Below the pieces are notes generated by a model, which worked only from the letters and a program-made list of their open reading frames with translations, did no database searches and had not been told where the DNA came from. Made by a program: the position numbers and the translations under genes. From UHGV virus genome UHGV-0038492: DNA of 64,000 nucleotides; one strand, 5' to 3'. The stretch is from a virus. Positions 47,326-55,987 of this stretch are shown here, in pieces; position 1 is the first letter of the stretch, and every line of letters begins with the position of its first letter.

Positions 47326-48174
47326 ATGTCTCTTACGTCAAAACAGAAACTGCTAAAACTCATCAACACTGAAAACAATATTATTCCACCGTTGACTTTC
47401 AGTGATGTTGAAATCGGGGAACCTACCGGTACTGGGGTTGATACCCAGGTGGTTCTGACCTCTAAACTTAAAGGCGATGAGTCTACTACTTTAACAGTGA
47501 CTTACCACCGTCGTAACTTACCTGACTACCTAACCGGTGAGTTGGTATTCGGTAACGACAGTGTGGTAACCGCATCAGATTTGCTTAATGCGATTAACGC
47601 AAAATACAACCTAAATATTTTACCCTCGGATATCGTTGACGCAAAAGTTGAAGGCGAAACCCATCAGCTTACCGCTAACGAGAAATCTTACGAGTGGTGC
47701 GGTGTAGTAACGCTTACGCTGCGCGATCCTATTGACCTGACTGAACTGTTACCGGTTACTCAATTAGAGAATCTGGTAGAGTATCCGTCCACGAAGAAAG
47801 GTAACGCGGCGGTTTATTCTCACCCGATTGATTTCACCGCAGAAAAAGATTACCTTGACCCGATTACTATCAACGACGCTGTAGACTTGGTAGAATTAGC
47901 TACTAAACTGGATAGCGTCGTTGACGAGAAATGGGTAAGCGTACCTAAGAACGCGGCTAACAACCTGTACGGAGCGAAGATTATTTACGATGGTCCAACC
48001 GCAGGTTACGAAGGCGCAAATACGAAGTTCACTCGTGTGTTGGTGCTAACACTCAGCCCGCTGTGTTCTAACCTGACCGGTAACCTGTTAATTCACTTTA
48101 ACGGGACCGATCGTCCGAAGTCGAAGATTGAATTAGCACAGACTAATCCGGTCTTACCGGGATTCTTAGATTAA
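47326..48174 (+). CDS. hypothetical protein, fibre-associated small-protein family (extended)
   Basis: 282 aa; contains SDLLNAINAKYNLNILPSDI matching the family motif. Confidence 0.65.
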   Translation: MSLTSKQKLLKLINTENNIIPPLTFSDVEIGEPTGTGVDTQVVLTSKLKGDESTTLTVTYHRRNLPDYLTGELVFGNDSVVTASDLLNAINAKYNLNILPSDIVDAKVEGETHQLTANEKSYEWCGVVTLTLRDPIDLTELLPVTQLENLVEYPSTKKGNAAVYSHPIDFTAEKDYLDPITINDAVDLVELATKLDSVVDEKWVSVPKNAANNLYGAKIIYDGPTAGYEGANTKFTRVLVLTLSPLCSNLTGNLLIHFNGTDRPKSKIELAQTNPVLPGFLD

Positions 48175-48187
48175 GAGGATTACAGTA

Positions 48188-48667
48188 ATGGCCAATCAAG
48201 AAACTATCTTCGACCTTATTAAAAAGGCTAACCCGGACGCTGAGTTCGACACCACCAAAGTCACACTGGGTGAACCGGTTGTGACCACCGGTACTTACAA
48301 TACCGAAATTACGGTTGCGTCGATTAAGAATCTCGGTTATGTTAATAAGCAAACGTTCCAGTATAACCGCATTGACGCAGGTTTGTATTTCCTGAACGTA
48401 TTACCGAAATTGTTGGTAGAATCTGCAACGACTACCGCTGACTTACTGCCCGTCATTAACGAGCAGTACAGCCTAACCCTTACAGAAGACGACGTGTGGG
48501 TAGAACAGGTTGGTGAGTTACCGTTAGACGGTAGCGCAATCGAACACGGTATTTTCTTCCGTCCTGAGTGTCTGACCTGGGTTGGTGGTTTTACAGTGCG
48601 TGTTGCGCGTAAACCGGCTGACGCCACACCGCCAAAGACGGCGTCTCGCGCTAAAAAGAAAAAATAA
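48188..48667 (+). CDS. hypothetical protein, same family
   Basis: 159 aa; ADLLPVINEQYSLTLTEDDV motif; Lys-rich C-terminus; terminator downstream. Confidence 0.6.
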   Translation: MANQETIFDLIKKANPDAEFDTTKVTLGEPVVTTGTYNTEITVASIKNLGYVNKQTFQYNRIDAGLYFLNVLPKLLVESATTTADLLPVINEQYSLTLTEDDVWVEQVGELPLDGSAIEHGIFFRPECLTWVGGFTVRVARKPADATPPKTASRAKKKK

Positions 48668-48671
48668 TCAC

Positions 48672-48706
48672 AGGGTGGGGTAATCCCCACCCTCTTTTCT
48701 TTTTTG
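48672..48706 (+). terminator. intrinsic terminator
   Basis: AGGGTGGGG-TAAT-CCCCACCCT then T-run. Confidence 0.75.
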
Positions 48707-48729
48707 TGTAAAATAGGAGTTAAACGAAA

Positions 48730-49320
48730 ATGGCCGAACGTTGGACTAAAGAAGGTATTATTGAATCCAAAACCGATTTGGAAGGTGGGTACGTCAACGA
48801 CCCTGACGACAAAGGTGGAGAAACCTGTCACGGGGTAACACTGACAACTGCACGCGAATACGGGTACAAAGGAAGAATGAAAGATCTGACCCGTGCGCAA
48901 GCGTTTGACATTTACGATCGTGGTTGGTGGAAGAAACTTAAACTCGATGAGATTTTCGCTATCTCGCCGATACTCGCCGACCGGATGTTTGATTTTGCTA
49001 TTAACTCTGGCCGTGTTAACTGTGTGAAGTCATTACAACGTATTCTCAACGTTTTAAATAACGAAGGGAAACTTTACGCAGATATTGACACCGACGGTGG
49101 TATGGGACCTAAAACACTAGGTGCTCTGAATGCTTATCTAAATTACCGTAAAGGCGAGGGATTAGGCATCTTAATCTTTGCGTTAATCTCACACCAGGTA
49201 ACCTACTACACGGAAATCTCCGAAAAGCGTAAGAAGAATGAAAAATTCGCTTACGGCTGGTACGGACGTGTGTACAGGGAAATGCCGGATTATGTAGTGA
49301 AGGCGGGGTTAGTAAAATGA
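48730..49320 (+). CDS. endolysin-like peptidoglycan hydrolase (GH108-type N-acetylmuramidase)
   Basis: N-terminal EGGYVNDPDDKGGETCHGVT matches the conserved GH108 signature (EGGYxNDPxDxGGxTxxG). Confidence 0.7.
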   Translation: MAERWTKEGIIESKTDLEGGYVNDPDDKGGETCHGVTLTTAREYGYKGRMKDLTRAQAFDIYDRGWWKKLKLDEIFAISPILADRMFDFAINSGRVNCVKSLQRILNVLNNEGKLYADIDTDGGMGPKTLGALNAYLNYRKGEGLGILIFALISHQVTYYTEISEKRKKNEKFAYGWYGRVYREMPDYVVKAGLVK

Positions 49321-49421
49321 ATTGGTTTGCTAAACTCTTAGCGTTATTGTGGAAAGCGTTAACGTCTGGTCGAAAACGTAAAGACGAAAAACGTGGGCAA
49401 GAATTCTTCTGGTTTTTGTAA
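49317..49421 (+). CDS. 34-aa amphipathic peptide (possible lysis accessory)
   Basis: ATGA overlap with endolysin stop; MNWFAKLLALLWKALTSGRKRKDEKRGQEFFWFL; too short for the ORF track. Confidence 0.3.
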   Translation: MNWFAKLLALLWKALTSGRKRKDEKRGQEFFWFL

Positions 49422-49436
49422 GGAAAGGTGTGGGTA

Positions 49437-50102
49437 ATGGAAAAGCTTCAATATAAACGTTTAGATGATAAGTGGTTTGTATTAACGGAGGATTACCATT
49501 ATCCGTTTACGTTACGTGAGATTTATCACGACCACGTACACTTAGACCGTGCGGTTTATTTAACCGGTGTATTACCTGACACGCAACTGTGGTTAACCGC
49601 TCCGAAAGGGTTCGTAACGGACTTAGCGTCGATACCCGAACACTTACAGGGAATTTTCCATCCTGACGGGCCTTGGGCACCGGCTGCGTGTATTCACGAC
49701 TTGTTATACCAGAAATGCAGTACGGAACGTAGCTACCCTATGACGCCCGGTGGAAACGTTTCTCGCATTATCGATAAAGAGTTCGCTGACTTAACGTTTC
49801 TGCGTATTATGCAGTCGTTAGAAATCTCACCGTATATCTGCCAAACGTTTTATAAAGCCGTTGTAGGATTCGGTTGGGATGCTTACGTAGACCCTAACGC
49901 GAAACCGTCTTATACCACTAACGACTACCGTACGTTAGATTACAATCGAAACTATTTGTTCGTTCGCGAGTTTAAGGAGCCTGCTATTCCTGACCACGAA
50001 CGAGTTGATATCACCACAGGTTGTCCCGTTAATGTCAAATACCTGAACATTAAACGGGCTTTTCTGTCTGGGAGGGAAGATGTTTCATCCAAATCCGAGT
50101 AA
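49437..50102 (+). CDS. hypothetical protein (DUF1353-like, tentative)
   Basis: AAGGAAAGG RBS before ATG 49437; segment GFVTDLASIP resembles DUF1353-type phage proteins. Confidence 0.55.
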   Translation: MEKLQYKRLDDKWFVLTEDYHYPFTLREIYHDHVHLDRAVYLTGVLPDTQLWLTAPKGFVTDLASIPEHLQGIFHPDGPWAPAACIHDLLYQKCSTERSYPMTPGGNVSRIIDKEFADLTFLRIMQSLEISPYICQTFYKAVVGFGWDAYVDPNAKPSYTTNDYRTLDYNRNYLFVREFKEPAIPDHERVDITTGCPVNVKYLNIKRAFLSGREDVSSKSE

Positions 50103-50595
50103 CTTTAAAATCAAAGAGTTAGTACCGCAATCGTACATCACCAAATACGGTGATTCTGCAATTCGGTTTATGAACCCGCTGTTAATGATTTCGCTACAGC
50201 AGATTCGTAACCGTTTCGGCAGAATGGTAATTAACTCGTCTGCTGCGCAACAACGTGGTTTAAGAACCTTAGACTTTTTCATCAACCAAGAAAAGCCTAA
50301 GGGTGGTAACTATAAACAACGTGCTTTACAACTCTATTCCGATTCAGGAAGTCAGCACAAGTTCGGTAACGCGTTCGACGCAACATTGTTAGATTCAACG
50401 GTAAAACAAGTCCACGATTACATCGCCGCCAATCCTGATGAGTTTCCGTTTATTCACTTTATTGAATGCGACATCAGTTGGTTACATATCGATGTTCGTA
50501 ACCAACCGAATATCACGTTCTGGTCACCGAATCGGGGTACTGTGAAAGTCGCGAAACAAAGCCCTATCGATTGGAGCGCCTTAGTTAAAATCTAA
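50080..50595 (+). CDS. peptidase M15-like (LAS-type zinc peptidoglycan peptidase)
   Basis: SQHKFGNAFD fits the SxHxxGxAxD zinc-binding motif and a later WLHID provides the second His. Confidence 0.5.
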   Translation: MFHPNPSNFKIKELVPQSYITKYGDSAIRFMNPLLMISLQQIRNRFGRMVINSSAAQQRGLRTLDFFINQEKPKGGNYKQRALQLYSDSGSQHKFGNAFDATLLDSTVKQVHDYIAANPDEFPFIHFIECDISWLHIDVRNQPNITFWSPNRGTVKVAKQSPIDWSALVKI

Positions 50596-50679
50596 GCGCA
50601 TATTCCTTAACTTAGGGTGATTGTACCTTATTTTGTATAAACCGTCTTAGAACGCGTTCTAGCGCGCTCTACGGACAAA

Positions 50680-50718
50680 ATAAACCTACCCTCCTGCTTA
50701 GCAGGAGGGTATTTATTA
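50680..50718. terminator. bidirectional terminator between convergent genes
   Basis: ACCCTCCTGC-TTA-GCAGGAGGGT flanked by A-rich and T-rich tracts. Confidence 0.7.
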
Positions 50719-51195
50719 TTCTACCGGGTGCAGCATAGTGCCGGTATCTGGAATGCTGCCTTCGTGACATCTGAAGAACGTTACACCTTTACCTTCACCT
50801 GTTTTGTAGTTGATGGTAGAATACGCAAACGTTGGGGTTTTCGACAGTAACCCGTTTACACGGTAATAGCGCTCACCGGTAACAACGTTTAAGTTACCGT
50901 CCACTTTACCTAACAGGTCTTTATAAAGTTGCGGAGATTCAATTTTACCTTCGTCCCATGTAGCGACCCAATTCGCTCCTGTATCCATGACTAACACCGA
51001 AAGGGGCATCAGTTTTAGGCTAGACGGTACCGGTTTAAAATCAGCGAATTCTTGAGAAGCACCTGTACAGGTGTAAATGACCATATCGTGTTGGTCAACA
51101 GGTACGGTGGAGAACTGACCTTCTGCGTTCGGCTGAATAGCACAACTTGCCAATGTCATTACAAAAGCAACGACCACGAGAATGCGTTTTAGCAT
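50716..51195 (-). CDS. lipoprotein (signal peptide with lipobox LASC)
   Basis: AAGGATGAG RBS before ATG at 51195; MLKRILVVVAFVMTLASC; lone minus-strand gene between two plus-strand blocks with terminators on both sides. Confidence 0.65.
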   Translation of the reverse strand: MLKRILVVVAFVMTLASCAIQPNAEGQFSTVPVDQHDMVIYTCTGASQEFADFKPVPSSLKLMPLSVLVMDTGANWVATWDEGKIESPQLYKDLLGKVDGNLNVVTGERYYRVNGLLSKTPTFAYSTINYKTGEGKGVTFFRCHEGSIPDTGTMLHPVE

Positions 51196-51334
51196 AATCT
51201 CATCCTTATTAAAATTAAGAAAAATTAATTTTTTCAGGTTAGCGCTTACTGCCAACCGTCATATCTATATTTTAGGAAATGTCTAAAATAACATTCTTAT
51301 GCAATCCACCCCTGCCACTTACGAGGTAAAAACG

Positions 51335-51871
51335 ATGGCTAAAGCCTTCAAACAGCAGCTCATCGAAGCTGTAATTGCTAAAAACTCAGAAACCGCTTCT
51401 AATCTGACGGTTGCTGATGTTGATTTTGGCGCTGTTGCTGAGTTCAGCGGAGACGCTGGCCGCAACACTAAAATTACCCTGACCGCCAAGGCAGAAAGCC
51501 AGAACTTCAAAGGCGAGAAAGAATTCCACTACATTCGTCTGGCTTCTCAAGACCTGATCGGTGCTAAAGCTTACGAACAAGCCGGTAGCCTCGATCTGGA
51601 AAACTCTGCCATTGTAACCAAACTGAACGAAGAAATGGTTACTAAAGGTTATGTCGATGACGAGTTTGCAGAGAGCGAACTGTCCATTGAGAAATCCGAA
51701 GGCGACAGCGGTGCTAAAGTTTACACTGTCAAAGTAAGCGAAGGTCACATCAAATTCCTGGCTGGTACCATTGCCACCTTCACTTATTCCAACCCAGCTC
51801 CTGAGAAGGTAGCACTGAGCGGTCTGGAAGGTGAACTTGATGGCTTCACTGCGCCGGGTGTCGGTGGCTAA
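51335..51871 (+). CDS. hypothetical protein, paralog 1 (C-terminal GELDGFTA motif)
   Basis: GAGGT RBS before ATG 51335; host-like high-expression codon choice; paralogous to ORF 51943. Confidence 0.65.
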   Translation: MAKAFKQQLIEAVIAKNSETASNLTVADVDFGAVAEFSGDAGRNTKITLTAKAESQNFKGEKEFHYIRLASQDLIGAKAYEQAGSLDLENSAIVTKLNEEMVTKGYVDDEFAESELSIEKSEGDSGAKVYTVKVSEGHIKFLAGTIATFTYSNPAPEKVALSGLEGELDGFTAPGVGG

Positions 51872-51883
51872 GTAAGTTAAATC

Positions 51884-51904
51884 GGGGGGGGGGTGACCTC
51901 CCCC
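51884..51904 (+). other. G10...C5 homopolymer hairpin between the GELDGFTA paralogs
   Basis: ATCGGGGGGGGGG TGACCT CCCCCGAT about 40 nt before ATG 51943. Confidence 0.6.
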
Positions 51905-51942
51905 GATATTTCTTTAACTCGTATTATTAAGGACCTAAGATA

Positions 51943-52473
51943 ATGGCCGCTACTAACCAGATGATGTTGGTCGCGCTTTATAATGCTGCTAACACTGAGC
52001 TACCGCATCAGATTACAGATAAAGAAGTGTCCTTTGGTTTGCCTGCTGCGCTGGAAGGCGAAGGTAAGAATACCAAAGTTACCATGACCGCACTACCGGG
52101 TTCTGAGAATTTCAAAGGCGAAATCGAACTGCATTACGATCGTCTGGAGCCAGGTGTTGTAGGACGGATTGAACTAACTGACGATCTGTCTCGCTGGGTT
52201 CAAGAAAATGAACTCCGTGCTTGGTTACAGTATTACATCAACAAAGTAAAACCTGACGACGCTATCGCACCAGGCGACGTTGTGTACAACACCGAAGACC
52301 AGAAAGACGAACATGAAAACGTCACTCTGCGTACCGTGACGTGCACCGTTACTGAAAAGAACCTCCGTTATAAACCAGGTGTAATGGCAACTTTCGTAAT
52401 TACACCGAAGGTTGTCGATAATCGTATTGACCTGGCCACCACCAACGGTGAGTTGGACGGCTTTACTGCTTAA
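51943..52473 (+). CDS. hypothetical protein, paralog 2 (C-terminal GELDGFTA motif)
   Basis: AAGGA RBS; shares TK(I/V)T(L/M)TA...ENFKGE and the C-terminal motif with ORF 51335. Confidence 0.65.
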   Translation: MAATNQMMLVALYNAANTELPHQITDKEVSFGLPAALEGEGKNTKVTMTALPGSENFKGEIELHYDRLEPGVVGRIELTDDLSRWVQENELRAWLQYYINKVKPDDAIAPGDVVYNTEDQKDEHENVTLRTVTCTVTEKNLRYKPGVMATFVITPKVVDNRIDLATTNGELDGFTA

Positions 52474-52510
52474 TCGCTAAGTCAACTACTATAACAAAAA
52501 ATAATAAGTT

Positions 52511-52546
52511 TACCTACCTCCGTAAAGGAGGTAGGTATTTTTTTTT
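52511..52546. terminator. bidirectional terminator between convergent genes
   Basis: TACCTACCTCC-GTAAA-GGAGGTAGGTA flanked by an A-run and T9. Confidence 0.75.
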
Positions 52547-52554
52547 GCCGCTAA

Positions 52555-53226
52555 TTACAGCCCTTGCTCTAATGCAAACGCTTTAATTGAATCGTAATCA
52601 CGGGCTTCGGCCCAAGCTCTGACTTCTTTTTTCTGTTCCGTCATTGCCTGATGCAGTTGCTGGTCGCGTTGCACAATAGCACCCAGCAGTGTTTTGCACT
52701 GCTCTAACGTAAACGGTTCGATACGGGTGTTGTTGGCCGTTAACCAATACGCTGGCGCGGTTTCTGACTGAATATAACGACTCAGTGCTACCTGTGACTT
52801 CTCATCTGCCTGGAAAGTGAAATCACCCACTTGAATCTCGGCATACCGCGCATCCTGATAACGGAATTCCAATGCGCTTAGGATTTTCTGAACATCGGTA
52901 AAGATATACCGCACAGTGGAGCGTAAACCCGTACGAATCTCTTCCAGGTCAATTCCCAACGTGTCGTTAACAAAGTCTTTCGCTTTCTGTAACGTAAATC
53001 GTGCTTCGATTTCAGACATGTCGTAGTTACGCATTTGTTCCAATGCTTCACGATCGGACATCCCATCAATCAATTTATAGTGCAGTAACGCACAAAAACC
53101 CGTACGACCATGATCTTCGCTACCGATTTTTTCCATATAGTTACCATGGCGGTCAATCGGTAAATCGTGCTCAAAATAACGACGACGGATTTCTTCTTTC
53201 GTTAAGCCTTCACCAGTAGCAGACAT
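52555..53226 (-). CDS. hypothetical protein, last gene of the fibre/radical-SAM operon
   Basis: 223-aa ORF overlapping the upstream gene by 25 nt; terminator downstream. Confidence 0.6.
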   Translation of the reverse strand: MSATGEGLTKEEIRRRYFEHDLPIDRHGNYMEKIGSEDHGRTGFCALLHYKLIDGMSDREALEQMRNYDMSEIEARFTLQKAKDFVNDTLGIDLEEIRTGLRSTVRYIFTDVQKILSALEFRYQDARYAEIQVGDFTFQADEKSQVALSRYIQSETAPAYWLTANNTRIEPFTLEQCKTLLGAIVQRDQQLHQAMTEQKKEVRAWAEARDYDSIKAFALEQGL

Positions 53227-53774
53227 TCATCGTCTCCTTTAATCAATCCTAATTCGATTAACAGTTCAAAATCGATATGACGGAATCTTGTATCAAAATC
53301 CGATTCCCAATCGATGCGGATACCCTGGCACTCTTCTGATGTTAGCTCGGGAAAAATTACGGTATTAAATTTCTCACGCTCATCGTAAAACCCATCAATC
53401 GGTGAGTTCGGGTTACGCGTTGCGAAAATAGTAATACCAGGGAAAGATAATGCTAACACAGTGATAGATTCTGCGCTGGGCTCACTTAAAGAGCGGCGTA
53501 GAAACGCAATTTTGTGGCGTGGGAAGTCCAATACGCGTTCTTCAAACCCTGGATTACGTTTTTCGATTTCCGCTACCGACAGGTCAGTAAGTTCGGTGCA
53601 ATACATTGGGATGATTACAGTCACGCCGTGGCGAATCAGTAAACGTTTTACGTCATCGGTAAAATCTTCGCCGTTAATCATCACGTAACAACCGAACAGC
53701 TTACTGTTTTCCAGAAACTTATCCAGAAGTCGAATTCTACGCTTCGTAATATTGTTGATCAGAATTGGTTTCAT
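53202..53774 (-). CDS. hypothetical protein co-operonic with radical-SAM enzymes
   Basis: 190-aa ORF overlapping both neighbours. Confidence 0.6.
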   Translation of the reverse strand: MKPILINNITKRRIRLLDKFLENSKLFGCYVMINGEDFTDDVKRLLIRHGVTVIIPMYCTELTDLSVAEIEKRNPGFEERVLDFPRHKIAFLRRSLSEPSAESITVLALSFPGITIFATRNPNSPIDGFYDEREKFNTVIFPELTSEECQGIRIDWESDFDTRFRHIDFELLIELGLIKGDDECLLLVKA

Positions 53775-55059
53775 CTTTGGCTTCTCTTAATAATTTTTCC
53801 TTTTGGGCGCGTTCACGAACACAGCGTGGGCAATAACACATACTCGTGTCGTGGAACGCTTTTGCTGACGTCGTACCCATCTTCTGTTTCCAGTATTCCG
53901 CCACCATCAGTTTCGCTGTCGTCCACCCGCACTGACGTCGCTCAGCGTGATACGCTTTACGGTCTTCCAGTGTCCCTTCACCGTTTTCGTAAGAAGCCGC
54001 AGCGCAGCTACCACAAGCGTGTTTCATCGGACAACCTAAGCACGTCTCTGGATAGTTGGTATATTGTGTTTGAATCTCTTCTAACAATTTACCGTTGTCC
54101 AGGCTGACGAATTCCCGACCTACCAACTCAAATACCGCAGAACGTGATGTTACGGTTGACATAAAGCGATTGCAACCGAAGATCTTACGGTCAAAACCTA
54201 AACACGTCATGTGTGTTAATGTCCCACAGAACGGACGTAAACGTTCTGGGTTCAACCGCACCGTGTCATTATAAAGTAATTGATCACGCCAGTTCGGTTC
54301 CCAAATCGTATCGAAATCCAACCCTTCTGGGATGATGTGCGATAAGATATTACGTGGGTTGGTGTGTAATCCTTTCTCGACCCAATAATCAATCACATCC
54401 ATCATCTGCAATGCAATTGAAGTAGCCATCCCACGTGGCATAATGTCTTCGAAGGTTACGTTGCCGGAGATAGTTCCGCCACCAGTAATATCAATTAATG
54501 ACTTCATTCCGGCAGCATAGTACGGTAACGTTTCTAACGTAAAGGTCGCCTTTACGCCAAGCTCTGCAATGCCAACCTCTTTTAAGTAGTTATAGCCTCG
54601 TACTGCGGCTTCGTAAGAACCCTGGCGCGTCGTTGTAAAGATACGATAACGGTCATGGGACTCAGGTAAGCCGTCAATTGAAACCCCAACCGAAAGTTTG
54701 TCTTTCCAACGCTCTACGATCTCACGGTTCAACGGGCGATCTAACAACGTCCCGTTTGTGGAAATACTAAACATAAACGGCCGATTATGTTCTTTACACA
54801 ACTGCTCGGCGGTTTCAAATGCAGCCAGCAGCAACTTAGGCTGCATGAACGGTTCACCACCGATAATGTCAATAATAACTTCAACATTCGGTTCGTTTTT
54901 ATCGCGTTCAAAACAGGCGTGCAAGAAATCAACAATATCTGCCGCTTTGTTGTTACGCGGGTACTTACGTTCGTAACAATATTCGCAGTCCAGGTTACAC
55001 GAAAGGTTCGTTACAATCTGATACGTTAGCTGCTTAGGGAATTCATTTACCTGACTCAT
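53737..55059 (-). CDS. radical SAM enzyme with C-terminal SPASM-like Cys cluster (anSME/peptide-maturase-like)
   Basis: N-terminal CNLDCEYC (CxxxCxxC), GGEPFM SAM-binding motif, and C-terminal cysteines (CLGCPMKHACGSC...CYCPRC) typical of auxiliary Fe-S clusters. Confidence 0.75.
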   Translation of the reverse strand: MSQVNEFPKQLTYQIVTNLSCNLDCEYCYERKYPRNNKAADIVDFLHACFERDKNEPNVEVIIDIIGGEPFMQPKLLLAAFETAEQLCKEHNRPFMFSISTNGTLLDRPLNREIVERWKDKLSVGVSIDGLPESHDRYRIFTTTRQGSYEAAVRGYNYLKEVGIAELGVKATFTLETLPYYAAGMKSLIDITGGGTISGNVTFEDIMPRGMATSIALQMMDVIDYWVEKGLHTNPRNILSHIIPEGLDFDTIWEPNWRDQLLYNDTVRLNPERLRPFCGTLTHMTCLGFDRKIFGCNRFMSTVTSRSAVFELVGREFVSLDNGKLLEEIQTQYTNYPETCLGCPMKHACGSCAAASYENGEGTLEDRKAYHAERRQCGWTTAKLMVAEYWKQKMGTTSAKAFHDTSMCYCPRCVRERAQKEKLLREAKDETNSDQQYYEA

Positions 55060-55966
55060 TTGCCGCCCCTCTATTACGACCTGCCATCACTACGCGACGA
55101 ATATATTCGTACGCCTCTACACCGATAGAGAAGGCCAGTTGGTTACACCCGGATTCCAGTACGTTAGGTGCGTTCTGGAGCTGGTGCTCACCACCGTCTG
55201 CATTAATCCAGAGACTTTCGCTGCAAACGTTACACCCTTCTTCAAACACTTTACTTACCGTAAAACCACATTCACGACTGTTTACTACATTCAGTCGTTC
55301 AATGTTGTCCTGAACCCGATAGTAGCCGTAAATAAAGTTCATGACGTGGTCAGGTGATAAAGGCTTTGGCATTTTCGCATCTAAGAGTAACGTCATTGCT
55401 CGGAAACCGTAATGGTAAATCGCGCTGTGCAGCTGAATAATATCTTCATGCCAACGTTTATCCCCCAAACGGTCCCGTGTCAAGACACCCCAAGTCTGGA
55501 CATTATCCAGCTCGTAGATCGTTTCCAGTGCTTCGTAACAGCCTTCGTCAATAAAGCGCATAAATGGACGCTCAGACGACTTAAACCCATCGATGCTAAC
55601 GTAGACATTGTCAAACTGTTTTAGCAACGGGAGATGCGATTTACGCATCTTTAAGCCATTGGTATACAACTGGTGTTTGAGTTCTGGACGAATCACTTTT
55701 AATTCGTCAACAAACGCCTCAATTTTACGGGTTGCCAATAGTGGCTCACCACCCGTCCACTGAATTTCGGTAATGGTTGGATTAGCTTCCAGCGCTTCCA
55801 AAATTCGCTCACGTTGAAACTCTCGCGGAGAATCTTCACGATTCATGTAATAGGCTCCACCGCAGAAGCTACAATCCAGGTTACACTTGGACGTAGCGAC
55901 TACGGACAATACGGTGGGTTTATCGTATAAACGATTCGATAACCTTGGTTCTGCATTGGTTGTCAT
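55043..55966 (-). CDS. radical SAM enzyme, paralog of the 440-aa enzyme
   Basis: CNLDCSFC and GGEPLL motifs; C-terminal Cys pairs (CGFTVSKVFEEGCNVC...GC); overlaps downstream gene by 17 nt. Confidence 0.75.
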   Translation of the reverse strand: MTTNAEPRLSNRLYDKPTVLSVVATSKCNLDCSFCGGAYYMNREDSPREFQRERILEALEANPTITEIQWTGGEPLLATRKIEAFVDELKVIRPELKHQLYTNGLKMRKSHLPLLKQFDNVYVSIDGFKSSERPFMRFIDEGCYEALETIYELDNVQTWGVLTRDRLGDKRWHEDIIQLHSAIYHYGFRAMTLLLDAKMPKPLSPDHVMNFIYGYYRVQDNIERLNVVNSRECGFTVSKVFEEGCNVCSESLWINADGGEHQLQNAPNVLESGCNQLAFSIGVEAYEYIRRVVMAGRNRGAANESGK

Positions 55967-55987
55967 TGCAGGTGACTCCGGTCGTTT

